From Longimicrobiales bacterium (GTDB lineage Bacteria > Gemmatimonadota > Gemmatimonadetes > Longimicrobiales > Gaopeijiaceae), in the NCBI GenBank assembly GCA_965226375.1, contig CBDDCX010000008.1:576001-640000 (forward strand): a stretch of DNA of 64,000 nt, in the 5' to 3' direction. The position numbers were made by a program, and so were the translations under genes. Each line of letters begins with the position of its first letter. The first letter of the stretch is position 1. The notes below the pieces were generated by a model that ran no database searches, had not been told where the DNA came from, and saw only the letters and a list, made by a program, of their open reading frames with translations. This document shows positions 19,801-28,751 of this stretch, in pieces.

Positions 19801-22800
19801 GCCGGCAGGACACGGAGGACATGGACGGGGACGGGAACCTCGACTCGCTCGAGCGCTACCTGCGCTTCGTGGTTCGCCTGGATGGTTCCTCCCCCTACTT
19901 GGCGCGCACCCGTGCCGAGACCGGTACCAACTTTCAGCTATACCGCGTCCCCCTCAGGGGAATGGGGGCCACCGAGGTGCCGAGCTCCTTCTCCGAAGCG
20001 TATTTTCGTGCCGTGAAGCACATGCGGCTCACGGTCGTCGGGGCGAGGGAGCAGCAGTTCGTGCTCACTCGGATGCGCGTCGTGGGGACTCACTGGGTCA
20101 AGCGCACCGAGTCGGGTGTCATGAAGGGCATCATCGGCGATACCGCGAGCTTCGTCGGGCGGGCGGAGGTCGGTCCCGTCAGCAAGATCACGGAGGGCGA
20201 GGGCTACGCGCCGCCCCCAGGCGTGATCGAGGAATTGGACGATCCGACGATCACTTTCTCCGGTCGTGGCTTCGAGTTCAACGAGAAGGGGCTGAAGCTT
20301 CAGTACGAGGACGTTCAGGCCGGTGACCGTGCAGAGGTCTTCAACCGGTTTCCCCAGCGTCCCAGGAACTTCCTCGCCTACCGGGAGCTCCGATTGTGGG
20401 CCTTGGCCCGAGCTGGTGATTGGGGGCCGCACCAACCCGTTTCCTTCTTCGTAAAGGTCGGCGAGGACTCCGAGAACTTCTACCTCTACCGAACGCCGCT
20501 CACCAGGGTGGTGAGCCCCGAGCTCGTCTCTCCGGGAGACTGGCTACCCGAAATCGTGGTCGACTTTTCAGAGTGGCTCGATCTCCGGCGACGGGCCGAA
20601 GAGGAGCTCATCATCAACCCGAGAGGACCTCAAGATCCTCCGGTCGAGTTGTGGGCAAGAGACTCGACCTATGCCATCGTCTTGAAGGACCGGGCTCGGG
20701 CGCCCAATCTGGCCGCGGTCCGCGAGCTTGCCCTTGGAGTCTGGAACCGGCTCACGGGCCCGACCACCGGCGAGGTCTGGATCAACGAGATGCGCCTTAC
20801 GGCATCGCTTCGAGATGTGGGTGTTGCGTCCCACTTCGGCGTGGACGTAGAAGCTTCGGACGTATGGACGACCCACATGACCGTCACCAGCCGCGGAGCC
20901 CTGTTCCGGCAGCTCGAGGACAACCCGACCTTCCAGGCGGATCGTGTCTTCAGCTTGAATTCCACCCTCAATGTGGAGCGCATGACGCCTGCGGCTTGGG
21001 GGGTCGAGATCCCGCTGACCGTATCCCATGTTCAGGCCGATCAGGATCCGCAGTTTCTGGCGCGAAGTGACGTGAGGGCGGGAAGCGTTCAGAACCTGCG
21101 GGAGACGAGTTCTCGCCGAACGCGTGTGGACGTCTCCTTTCGCAAACGCACACCGACGGCCAACCCGGTCGTCGGGTTGCTCCTCGACGGGTTGGAGGCC
21201 AGGGCCGGTTATTACACGGTGACTTCGAGCTCGATCACGGCGAAGGGCTCCTCGGAGGGAGTGGATGCGCGCCTGGGATACGGCCGCGCGGTGGGGAGGC
21301 GGGACTTCGCGTTGGTCCCCGGGTTCCTGCGTCCGGTGCTCCGCTGGATCCTTCCAAGCGCCTGGGAGGAGTCCATCGTCAACGGTCGGCTCCGATGGAG
21401 CCCGGAGCGCCTGTCCTTCGGCGGGTCGTACGCCAGGACGGACCAGCGAGCGTTTCGCTTCGACCAGATCGTCGAGGGTCCGGAGGACAGCCTGGTGCAG
21501 GCCACGCGGTCACCGAGAGAGTCCCTGGAGGGGGCCATGGAGATTGTTTTCCGCCCGTTCCGGGCTGTCACGGCCCAAGCCGATCTGGTGTCGATTCGGG
21601 ACCTCCTGCGTCCTGACGAGGCTGTGACGGATCCTCGGGTTCAGGATCTGCTGGAGGAGGAGCGCTCAGAAGCTCTGGGCCTGGATTTCGGCTGGCAGAC
21701 GGATCAGCTCATTCGGACGCGCATGAACTATGAGCCGAGGCTGGGAGGTTGGTTACGGGCGAACCTGGGATGGCAGACGTACTACTCCAGCGATCGAAAC
21801 GCCACGTTCGTGGATCGCCGCGTCGAGAACGGTGACACGGTCTTGGCTCTCCAGCGCAACGTCAACGGCCAACGTGATTTCACGGGCCAGTTTACCATCC
21901 TGCCCGTGGCCTTGCTCGGTCCTTCTGCCGCGGACGCAGAGCGCTCCGGCTTCGATCTCTTCGTGCGTAGGGCTCTCGCAGCCGTGGACCCGATCTCGAT
22001 CACGTACCAAGACGGGATCACCTCACGATTCAATCGCGATCCTGTCGACCCCGGGTTCGGATATCGGTTCGGGATCGCGGACATGGAGGGCTACCGGTTC
22101 ATCGATGCGGATACCGCTACCACGCTGACCGACAGGACCGGTTGGACCGCACGCTCCGGCGTCCGATTGCCGGCAGCGATTCAAGTCGGTGTGAACTATC
22201 GGCTCAGTGAGGCGAATACGCTCGACACCCGGAGTGATCGAACATTCAAGCGTGAAACGTGGCCCGATGTGTCCGCGGCGGTCACGAGCCTTCCGTTGCC
22301 CGAACAACAGTCGCTCCTTCGGCGTGTGAGCATGTCCACCGGATTCCAACGCGTCAGGCAGGAGACCGCCTACGGCGGACTCGGACAACAGCGGCGCTTT
22401 CAGGCGGATGAGCGCATTCCTGTGGACGTCGCGGTGGTTTGGGGGGGAGGAGTGTCCACGAGCTACAGGGGATCGTTCGTCAGGGGAGAAGGGCGGGATC
22501 CCACCGGACGCACGGAACGGACGAGAGAAAACCACACCTTTTCGATCTCGGGGGCGTTCCGCCTGCCGCTGGGACTGGCCGAGCGTCTCGACGGACCACT
22601 GACGACGTCTGCCTTGGTCCAATACACGTCGGATAGAAACTGCCGCGCTACGGCGGGCGGAACGGACTGTGTGGCTTTCCTCGATGAGCTCATTCGGAGC
22701 TTGATGGTGCGTCTGGAAACCACGGTGTCGCGCACCGATTTACGGTTGCAGCTCTCGTACACGGACCGGGAGTCCTTCGTTGGGTTGAGGTCGGGGTCGA

Positions 22801-22862
22801 CCCAATTCCAGTTCGGACTGTTCGGCCGATTCATCATCGCCGACGACGCCCTTCTTCGATGA
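16809..22862 (+). CDS. sprA: SprA-like (T9SS translocon-related) very large outer-membrane protein
   Basis: 2017 aa with signal peptide; NNINIFYDGDEDDVLKRVELGDVTF, WDLEMHQVY, GTDYEIDYSIGQVT, DDFD, DTEDMDGDG, GEVWINEMRL, beta-strand-rich C-terminus. Confidence 0.8.
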   Translation: MLSHAALLALALTVPLPGRALTVQAVQDTVRWRPPGLELPAFLAAFPGRSAGMSSSVVQLGLKPMPPLVPIELSVPAVVRGGPVPEASRWLVAPGPTLIRRRLALQRMALFKPSAPDRVMRSVVGDSDASLLGGGLSDLDVEIVGQAELGGDWTSFRPCDSRVQFSCDPGVLPKLNPDIQFAVRAQGTIAERITLDVDFDQAREFSAANNINIFYDGDEDDVLKRVELGDVTFALPTSRFLTEGIPAGNFGFLASGQVGPLEFDGVWAQQQGDLSRREFRLSGGPGQESFVQVDTLVLDDADYVLGQFFFLVDPEFIDRSPHIDVLSLDPSSGPVSLSPGAEPIQVYRFETDPVTRQQVEGLIQADGFASKDGDTVEESGWFRFLQPGVDYSVHSSGLWLALRQPLRQEEMLAVTYITATGDTIGTYNPESVYNAGGRPRLKLLKASRANHRPGRPTWDLEMHQVYRVSSSPDVDPNSVHLTISLGELSAGRTFKRELGGRDITFLRLFGLDEESPIDVLDQAGVYKPALELFQEQPVIPGVFIIFPTLEPFQAPPPVESLGLSEQETAAILEGDGNPTIYEEEDPFLRESGGLYRLTIPFELRSRGVISSFSLGAIGIRDDSERIFLGDRLLSRGTDYEIDYSIGQVTLIQPEILFATASEPVVRATWEQKSIFQVAPTTVFGVSGRLSAGEVGGFNFLALHQRERALVNRPQLGVEAAAITLSGLSMNFDFPARGLDRLVESIPFLRVGGPSRIGVEGEVALSFPNPNIRSDVFLDDFDSSNELALSLFSYDWLRGSVPGFRTGAEDVFPMALDETDAADLVWQHAWTIPGVGEDSVGVFPGFLPEDDIDRQINVLGSQVREIGLLFSFIPHPDAPGGTSWRSITTSLSSTGLDLSKSESLEFYVAEGDSLDLIIDLGTVGEDALFVDADGRLNGVKSNGSPWGRGILDHEADPRLGEIWSQEADERGVWLESCLAEPAAVYPTGDPRGSCTRGNGRQDTEDMDGDGNLDSLERYLRFVVRLDGSSPYLARTRAETGTNFQLYRVPLRGMGATEVPSSFSEAYFRAVKHMRLTVVGAREQQFVLTRMRVVGTHWVKRTESGVMKGIIGDTASFVGRAEVGPVSKITEGEGYAPPPGVIEELDDPTITFSGRGFEFNEKGLKLQYEDVQAGDRAEVFNRFPQRPRNFLAYRELRLWALARAGDWGPHQPVSFFVKVGEDSENFYLYRTPLTRVVSPELVSPGDWLPEIVVDFSEWLDLRRRAEEELIINPRGPQDPPVELWARDSTYAIVLKDRARAPNLAAVRELALGVWNRLTGPTTGEVWINEMRLTASLRDVGVASHFGVDVEASDVWTTHMTVTSRGALFRQLEDNPTFQADRVFSLNSTLNVERMTPAAWGVEIPLTVSHVQADQDPQFLARSDVRAGSVQNLRETSSRRTRVDVSFRKRTPTANPVVGLLLDGLEARAGYYTVTSSSITAKGSSEGVDARLGYGRAVGRRDFALVPGFLRPVLRWILPSAWEESIVNGRLRWSPERLSFGGSYARTDQRAFRFDQIVEGPEDSLVQATRSPRESLEGAMEIVFRPFRAVTAQADLVSIRDLLRPDEAVTDPRVQDLLEEERSEALGLDFGWQTDQLIRTRMNYEPRLGGWLRANLGWQTYYSSDRNATFVDRRVENGDTVLALQRNVNGQRDFTGQFTILPVALLGPSAADAERSGFDLFVRRALAAVDPISITYQDGITSRFNRDPVDPGFGYRFGIADMEGYRFIDADTATTLTDRTGWTARSGVRLPAAIQVGVNYRLSEANTLDTRSDRTFKRETWPDVSAAVTSLPLPEQQSLLRRVSMSTGFQRVRQETAYGGLGQQRRFQADERIPVDVAVVWGGGVSTSYRGSFVRGEGRDPTGRTERTRENHTFSISGAFRLPLGLAERLDGPLTTSALVQYTSDRNCRATAGGTDCVAFLDELIRSLMVRLETTVSRTDLRLQLSYTDRESFVGLRSGSTQFQFGLFGRFIIADDALLR

Positions 22863-22946
22863 TCCTCCCGAGTACCCCGTACAGACTCTGAGCCGGTCTG
22901 CCCGGACGACCATGGCCTTGCCCGGAGGCGTGGCGCACCATGGTAC

Positions 22947-23615
22947 ATGACGTCGGCAGAATCCCGGGCCCTCGAGCGGGCGGCGCTTCTCGTTCTCACC
23001 CTGTGCGTCGTCCGCGCCGTCGCGAGTTACCGGAGTCCCGCAGGAGCGGTACCACAAGAGGTCGCCGATTCCGAGGCCGCCACACTGTTGAGGGAGAGCG
23101 GTGAGATGAGGAGTGAGGGGGCTCGCCGAACACGGCCCCTGTCCGCCGACGAGAAGATCGATCCGAACACTGCCACCGAAGAAGCGCTCGATCGCCTGCC
23201 CGGAGTAGGGCCTGCCACCGCACGGAGGATCGTCAGTCACCGGGAGGTGGTGGGTACGTTTTCGGAGGCGAACGACCTCCTTGCCGTTCCCGGGATCGGG
23301 GCGGGGACCTTGGCCCGGATAGAGCCGTTTCTGGTGTGGTCCGACCCGTCTCGCGGTGGCGCTCGGCCAGTTGCGGGGCGTCCCGGGCGAGCCGGCGATG
23401 GTCGGTCACAACGGCCTCCTGTCATCGACCTGAACCGGGCCACTCAGAAGGAGTTGGAAAAACTGCCAGGAGTGGGACCGGCCCTCGCCCGTCGGATCCT
23501 GGCTCTTCGTGACTCGCTGGGTGGATTTCGCACCGCAGACGACCTGGAGCGAGTCTGGGGGCTCGGTCCCATCACGGTAGCTCGGCTGAAGCCTTTGGTA
23601 TTGGTTGGCCGCTGA
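22947..23615 (+). CDS. comEA: ComEA-like helix-hairpin-helix DNA-binding protein
   Basis: N-terminal TM; two HhH domains (IDPNTAT..LPGVGPATA; IDLNRAT..LPGVGPALA). Confidence 0.85.
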   Translation: MTSAESRALERAALLVLTLCVVRAVASYRSPAGAVPQEVADSEAATLLRESGEMRSEGARRTRPLSADEKIDPNTATEEALDRLPGVGPATARRIVSHREVVGTFSEANDLLAVPGIGAGTLARIEPFLVWSDPSRGGARPVAGRPGRAGDGRSQRPPVIDLNRATQKELEKLPGVGPALARRILALRDSLGGFRTADDLERVWGLGPITVARLKPLVLVGR

Positions 23616-23715
23616 GCGATTTCGTGCTTGCACGGCAGGGCTGCCCGATCCTACCTTTGGCTGTAAGCACACAAACGTTTCCGCTTGATTACGCCTCTGG
23701 GGGAGGGCTCCGGCG

Positions 23716-25608
23716 ATGGCAACAGATGTCGCAGAAGTTCGTCTTGGTGACCTTTTCGTACGAGAAGGCCTCATCGACGCGGGCCAGTTGGAAGAGGCCC
23801 TGAAGGACGCTAGGGAGAGTGGGACCCGTGTCGGGTTCTCACTCGTCAAGCTCGGCTTCGTGGCGGAAAACGAACTCACGCGAATGCTGTCCAAGCAGTA
23901 CCGCCTGCCCGCTGTCGACCTCGAGAAGGTTACCGTCGAAGAGAAAATTTTTAGGCTCATCGACGGTGAAATGGCGTACAAGCATTTGGTCCTGCCCCTC
24001 AGAAAAGTGGGCCGGACGCTCACCGTCGCCATGGCGAACCCGTCCGATCTGGAGGCCGTGGACGTCCTTCGGTTCAAGACGCGCTTCGACATCGAGCCGG
24101 TGATTGTCGGGGAGTACACGCTCCGTAAACATCTCGAGCGTTACTACGGTGCCTCTGAAGACGCCATGGATGACCTCCTGGGCGACTTCCTCGAAGAGGA
24201 CATCGAGTTCGTCGAAGATACGAGCGACGAAGAGAGCATGGCCGCACTCCAGGCCGAGGTCGACGAGGCGCCGGTCGTGAAGTTCATCAACGGGCTGCTC
24301 ACGGACGCGGTGCGAAAGGGCGTCTCCGATATCCACGTCGCACCCTACGAGAAGGAAATTCGAGTCCGATACCGGATCGACGGATCGCTCTTCGAGGTCA
24401 TGAAGCCGCCCATGAAAATGAAGGCGGCCTTGACCTCGCGCATCAAGATTCTGGCGGACCTGAACATCGCCGAGCGCAGGGTGCCCCAGGATGGCCGCAT
24501 CAAGCTGAGGATGAAACGCAAGGTGGTGGACTTCCGCGTGTCTACGCTGCCGGTGATCTTCGGCGAGAAGATCGTGATGCGTATCCTGGACGCGGGGAAC
24601 CTCACCTTCGACCTAGGCCTGTTTGGATTCGAGCCCAAGGCCGAAGCGGACTTCATGGGGGCCATCGCCAATCCTTATGGCATGGTCCTGGTCACGGGGC
24701 CTACTGGTTCCGGTAAGACCACTACGCTGTATTCCGCCCTCTCCCAGATCAACAACGAGGACGTGAACATCATGACGGCCGAGGATCCGGTGGAGTACAA
24801 TCTCCACGGGATCAATCAGGTTCTCGTCCGGCCTGAGATCGGAATGAGCTTCGCCGCGGCGCTCAAGGCGTTCCTGCGGCAGGACCCGAACATCATCATG
24901 GTGGGTGAGATCCGTGACCTCGAGACGGGGGGAATCGCGATCAAAGCGGCCCTCACGGGTCACCTCGTACTCTCGACCCTCCATACCAACGATACGCCGT
25001 CTACCATCACCCGTCTGATCGACATGGGTCTGGAGCCGTTCAACCTCGCCGCCGCTCTCAACCTCGTGACGGCTCAGCGCCTTCTCCGGCGCATCTGCAC
25101 GAACTGCAAGGTCGAGACGACCTACGACGACGAATGGCTCAAGGCGGCCAAGATCGACGACGCATGGCTCAACAAGACGACCCTGTACAAGGGCGAAGGT
25201 TGCGACAAGTGTGGTGGAGCCGGATACAAGGGCCGGCAGGGTCTGTACGAGGTCATGAACGTCAACACCCCGATCAGAAAGGCCATCATGTCCGAGTTGA
25301 GCACGGACGACCTGCGTGACGTAGCCCTAGAGGAGGGCATGCTCACGCTTCGGATGGACGGCCTCCTGAAGGTGGAACGAGGCATCCCCCGGCGGCCAGC
25401 TCTTCATCGACCGGCTTATGTTGGCGCTTCCGATCTTGGGCGACCTGCAGCGCAAAGCTGCGGTGGCCCGTTTTACTCGGACTCTGGGCACGCTGGTATC
25501 CTCTGGTGTCTCGATCCTGGAGGGCCTCGAGATCACGGCCAAGACCGCAGGCAACCGCGTTATCCACGACGCCGTCATGAGCTCACGGACGTCGATCGCG
25601 GGCGGTGA
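23716..25608 (+). CDS. pilB: Type IV pilus assembly ATPase PilB; native C-terminus lost at ~25386, the remainder is out-of-frame read-through
   Basis: N-terminal RLGDL MshEN-like segment, ERRVPQDGR, GPTGSGKTT, AEDPVE, LRQDP, TGHLV, CxxC...CxxC. Confidence 0.92.
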   Translation: MATDVAEVRLGDLFVREGLIDAGQLEEALKDARESGTRVGFSLVKLGFVAENELTRMLSKQYRLPAVDLEKVTVEEKIFRLIDGEMAYKHLVLPLRKVGRTLTVAMANPSDLEAVDVLRFKTRFDIEPVIVGEYTLRKHLERYYGASEDAMDDLLGDFLEEDIEFVEDTSDEESMAALQAEVDEAPVVKFINGLLTDAVRKGVSDIHVAPYEKEIRVRYRIDGSLFEVMKPPMKMKAALTSRIKILADLNIAERRVPQDGRIKLRMKRKVVDFRVSTLPVIFGEKIVMRILDAGNLTFDLGLFGFEPKAEADFMGAIANPYGMVLVTGPTGSGKTTTLYSALSQINNEDVNIMTAEDPVEYNLHGINQVLVRPEIGMSFAAALKAFLRQDPNIIMVGEIRDLETGGIAIKAALTGHLVLSTLHTNDTPSTITRLIDMGLEPFNLAAALNLVTAQRLLRRICTNCKVETTYDDEWLKAAKIDDAWLNKTTLYKGEGCDKCGGAGYKGRQGLYEVMNVNTPIRKAIMSELSTDDLRDVALEEGMLTLRMDGLLKVERGIPRRPALHRPAYVGASDLGRPAAQSCGGPFYSDSGHAGILWCLDPGGPRDHGQDRRQPRYPRRRHELTDVDRGR

Positions 25609-25870
25609 GACCATCGCTGGACCGCTCAAGGAGTCGGGCGTTTTCCCGCCCATGGTCGTGCAGATGATCAACGTGGGTGAGCAGACGGGTGGTCTGGACA
25701 CGATGCTCACGAAGATCGCCGACTTCTACGATGACGAAGTCGATGCTGCGGTCGAGGCTCTGCTCGCCGCCATGGAGCCGATCATGATCGTGGTTCTCGG
25801 TGTGGTGGTCGGTGGCATGATCGTCGCCATGTACCTTCCGATCTTCGACATGATCAACGCGGTGGGCTAG
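25387..25870 (+). pseudogene. pilC: 3' fragment of type IV pilus platform protein PilC (T2SSF family)
   Basis: PGGQLFIDRLMLALPILG..ARFTRTLGTLVSSGV..FPPMVVQMINVGEQTGGLD..MEP..MYLPIF; only the second T2SSF domain is present. Confidence 0.85.
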
Positions 25871-25909
25871 GGTAGGACGCGGTCCCGTCCATCTGTACGA
25901 CGCGCAGGA

Positions 25910-25946
25910 GTCGCCGGCCCCCTGACTGAGGGGCCGGCGATTTTTG
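25910..25946 (+). terminator. Intrinsic terminator after pilC
   Basis: TCGCCGGCCCC-TGACTGA-GGGGCCGGCGA followed by TTTTT. Confidence 0.8.
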
Positions 25947-25991
25947 TCCAGTGTCCTCTGAGTATGAACTACCTATCCGGAAGGAACACGG

Positions 25992-26339
25992 ATGCAAGAC
26001 ACGATTTTCGGGAAGATCGTTCGCGGAGAAATCCCGGCCGAGGTGGTTTACCAGGACGAATTGGTTACGGCGTTTCGTGACATCGAGCCTCAGGCCCCGA
26101 CCCACATTCTGATCGTTCCCAACCGGGCCGTACCGACACTCGCCGACGTGACCGAGGCGGACGAACCGGCCCTTGGGCGCATGATCCGCGTGGCTTCACG
26201 TTTGGCTGAGGAGGATGGGATCGACGAGAAGGGATACCGACTCATTCTGAACTGTCGGGCCCACGGCGGTCAGGAAGTGTACCATGTCCACTTGCACCTG
26301 ATCGGTGGGCGCCCCCTCGGCAGGATGCTTCCGGATTGA
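25992..26339 (+). CDS. hinT: Histidine triad (HIT) nucleotide-binding protein
   Basis: [37 protein letters not shown]. Confidence 0.93.
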   Translation: MQDTIFGKIVRGEIPAEVVYQDELVTAFRDIEPQAPTHILIVPNRAVPTLADVTEADEPALGRMIRVASRLAEEDGIDEKGYRLILNCRAHGGQEVYHVHLHLIGGRPLGRMLPD

Positions 26340-26421
26340 CCGCTGCGGATCGGCTCCGGCTTGCCCGGAGCTAAGGTGGGGACAATCTTCCTCGCTTTCA
26401 CACTCCAGATAGAGAGCGCAA

Positions 26422-28119
26422 GTGGAACGCTTTGAGAACTTCGTCAGCGCCGTGCGGGCCTTTGTATGGGAGTGGGGTGTCCCGGCCGGAGATGGTGACA
26501 TCCCCGTCGTCATCCTGGCCCTCATCGGAGTCGGCGGGTTCCTGACCCTCCGCCTCGGGTTCATTCAACTCCGCCACTTTGGGCACGGTGTGGCCGTGGC
26601 CACCGGCCGATACGACGATCCGAGCGATCCGGGTGACGTCACGCACTTCCAGGCCCTGACCACGGCCCTGTCAGCCACCGTCGGCATCGGAAATATTGCC
26701 GGAGTGGCGCTTGCCATTCACTGGGGAGGCCCTGGCGCGCTGTTCTGGATGTGGCTGACGGCCGCTCTCGGGATGGCGACGAAGTTCACCGAGGTGACCT
26801 TGGCCCAGCACTACCGGCAGGTGCACGAGGGGGCGGACGAGATGGTGGGTACCGTTTCCGGCGGTCCCATGTACTACATCGAGCACGGTTTGGGGCCGAA
26901 GTGGAAGTGGATGGGGATCTTCTTCGCAACCGCCCTGGGGTTCACCGCGTTCCTGACCGGGAACGCGATTCAGGCGAACACCGTGGCCGACACGATCGGC
27001 ACGGCCTTCGGGACGGCCCAGTGGATTACGGGCGCCGTCACGGTCACGATCGTCGCGGCGGTGGTCCTGGGAGGAATCGGACGGATCGGCCGTATCACCA
27101 GCATCCTGGCTCCCTTCATGGCCGCCGTATACGTGCTGGGTGCCGGGTTGATCATCGTCATGAACCTCGGTGCCGTGGCTCCGGCCTTCGCTACCATCTT
27201 CGCAGAGGCCTTCAACCCCTCGGCCGGTGTAGCCGGTACGGGAATCGGCGCCATTCTCGTTACGCTGATGTGGGGCGTGAACCGTGGCCTCTTCTCCAAT
27301 GAGGCTGGACAGGGCTCGGCCCCCATCGCCCACGCGGCCGCCAAGACCGACGAGCCTGTCTCCGAGGGTGTCGTAGCACTTCTCGAGCCCTTCATCGACA
27401 CGATCGTCATCGTGACCATGACGGCGCTCGTAATCATCATTACGGGCGTGTACAGCGAGCGCATTCCGACCGAGATCACGCTGGCTGGCGGTGATCTCAG
27501 CTGGGTGTCGGGAGACCTGCAGGCCGGTTATGAATCCGTGAACGCCCCGGCCGAGATTCAGATTCAGAACGGCCGGCACGCGACGGGGAGCGCGACCTTC
27601 CTGGCCTGGCACGAGGTGGCGATGGACGACCTCTTCGTCGACGAGGGCATGACGCAACGTTTCTCGGGCTCCGTTTTTCCCGGGCGAGGTGAGGCGGTAG
27701 ACGGATCCGGAACCAGCCACACGTCGCTGTACGGAATGGCGATCGAGAGTGGCGCCCCCCTCACCATGTACGCTTTCCGGAAGGGGTTATCTCCCCTGGG
27801 TGATTGGGGTCACTACGTCGTGATCCTCTCGGTCTTCCTGTTCGGAATCTCCACGGCCATCTCCTGGAGCTACTACGGAGACCGATGTGCCAACTACCTC
27901 CTGGGCGAAGGAGCGATCCGTCCCTACAAGGTCGCCTACCTGATCATGCACTTCCTTGGGGCGATCATCTCGCTGAACCTGGCCTGGCAAATCGGCGATA
28001 TCGCCCTGGGCATCGTCATCTTGCCCAACCTGATCGCACTCGTGATGCTCTCCGGGAAGGTCAAGGAGCTCACGGACAGCTATTTCGAGCGCAAGCCGTG
28101 GCTGAGTGCCGGAGAGTAG
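26422..28119 (+). CDS. Alanine/glycine:cation symporter (AGCS family)
   Basis: ATVGIGNIAGVA, GGPGALFWMW, GGPMYYI, RGLFSNEAGQGS, LEPFIDT. Confidence 0.93.
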   Translation: MERFENFVSAVRAFVWEWGVPAGDGDIPVVILALIGVGGFLTLRLGFIQLRHFGHGVAVATGRYDDPSDPGDVTHFQALTTALSATVGIGNIAGVALAIHWGGPGALFWMWLTAALGMATKFTEVTLAQHYRQVHEGADEMVGTVSGGPMYYIEHGLGPKWKWMGIFFATALGFTAFLTGNAIQANTVADTIGTAFGTAQWITGAVTVTIVAAVVLGGIGRIGRITSILAPFMAAVYVLGAGLIIVMNLGAVAPAFATIFAEAFNPSAGVAGTGIGAILVTLMWGVNRGLFSNEAGQGSAPIAHAAAKTDEPVSEGVVALLEPFIDTIVIVTMTALVIIITGVYSERIPTEITLAGGDLSWVSGDLQAGYESVNAPAEIQIQNGRHATGSATFLAWHEVAMDDLFVDEGMTQRFSGSVFPGRGEAVDGSGTSHTSLYGMAIESGAPLTMYAFRKGLSPLGDWGHYVVILSVFLFGISTAISWSYYGDRCANYLLGEGAIRPYKVAYLIMHFLGAIISLNLAWQIGDIALGIVILPNLIALVMLSGKVKELTDSYFERKPWLSAGE

Positions 28120-28152
28120 TCTCTCGAAAGGGGTCGAGCTCTTGGAGATCGG

Positions 28153-28187
28153 AGGCGGGGGTGGCCAGTGGTCACCCCCGCTTTCTT
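28153..28187 (+). terminator. Intrinsic terminator after the symporter
   Basis: GGCGGGGGTGGCC-AGT-GGTCACCCCCGCT followed by TTCTT. Confidence 0.7.
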
Positions 28188-28192
28188 GCAGC

Positions 28193-28229
28193 TAGTGTGG
28201 TGTAGCATGACTCCTGCTACACCACACTA
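28193..28229. repeat. Perfect 15-bp inverted repeat
   Basis: TAGTGTGGTGTAGCA-TGACTCC-TGCTACACCACACTA. Confidence 0.85.
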
Positions 28230-28664
28230 AACCACGGAATCCGAGTCCTCCCGGTCTCCCACGGTCTCGAAGTCACCGTGGGTCACGGGCCGAAAATTCA
28301 GGTCGATAGCCAGCCAGATCGTCTTGGCGAAGGGATAGAAGAGGATAGGCGTTACCACGGCCAATACGAGGAGCCATCGTTTGAGCCCGGTCCACGGCAC
28401 GTCGGGGAGGGTAAGGAGGATGGTGGCTCCAGCGCCGAAGACGATGAGGAGTTCGGCGACGACGAAGTTGACCACATAACTTCCCAGGAAGTAGTCGACT
28501 TCTCCCCTGTCGAGCTTCAGCCGGCAACCAGGACATGTCTCGGCCATCACCACCCAACGCCGGGAGAGCGCCGGTGAGCCGCAGTGGGGGCAACGCAACC
28601 TCAACGCGCGTCCGAAGAGGCGGAGCCCAAGCACCTGAGGTCGTTCTTGTCGTTCTGAGGTCAC
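28227..28664 (-). CDS. DUF983-like membrane protein with CxxC zinc ribbon
   Basis: RALRLRCPHCG...CPGC, two TM segments, YPFAKTIWLAID; GTG start inferred. Confidence 0.75.
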   Translation of the reverse strand: MTSERQERPQVLGLRLFGRALRLRCPHCGSPALSRRWVVMAETCPGCRLKLDRGEVDYFLGSYVVNFVVAELLIVFGAGATILLTLPDVPWTGLKRWLLVLAVVTPILFYPFAKTIWLAIDLNFRPVTHGDFETVGDREDSDSVV

Positions 28665-28751
28665 CCGACCGAGTCCCCGGAAGTTTGCCGGACGCTCCAG
28701 CGTCCCGCACAGTGGATCGATGGAGATGAATCTATCCGAACGGCCACAGCG

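Noticed and set aside
25387..25608. Genuine C-terminal extension of PilB
   Set aside because: It is the out-of-frame reading of pilC sequence after the junction
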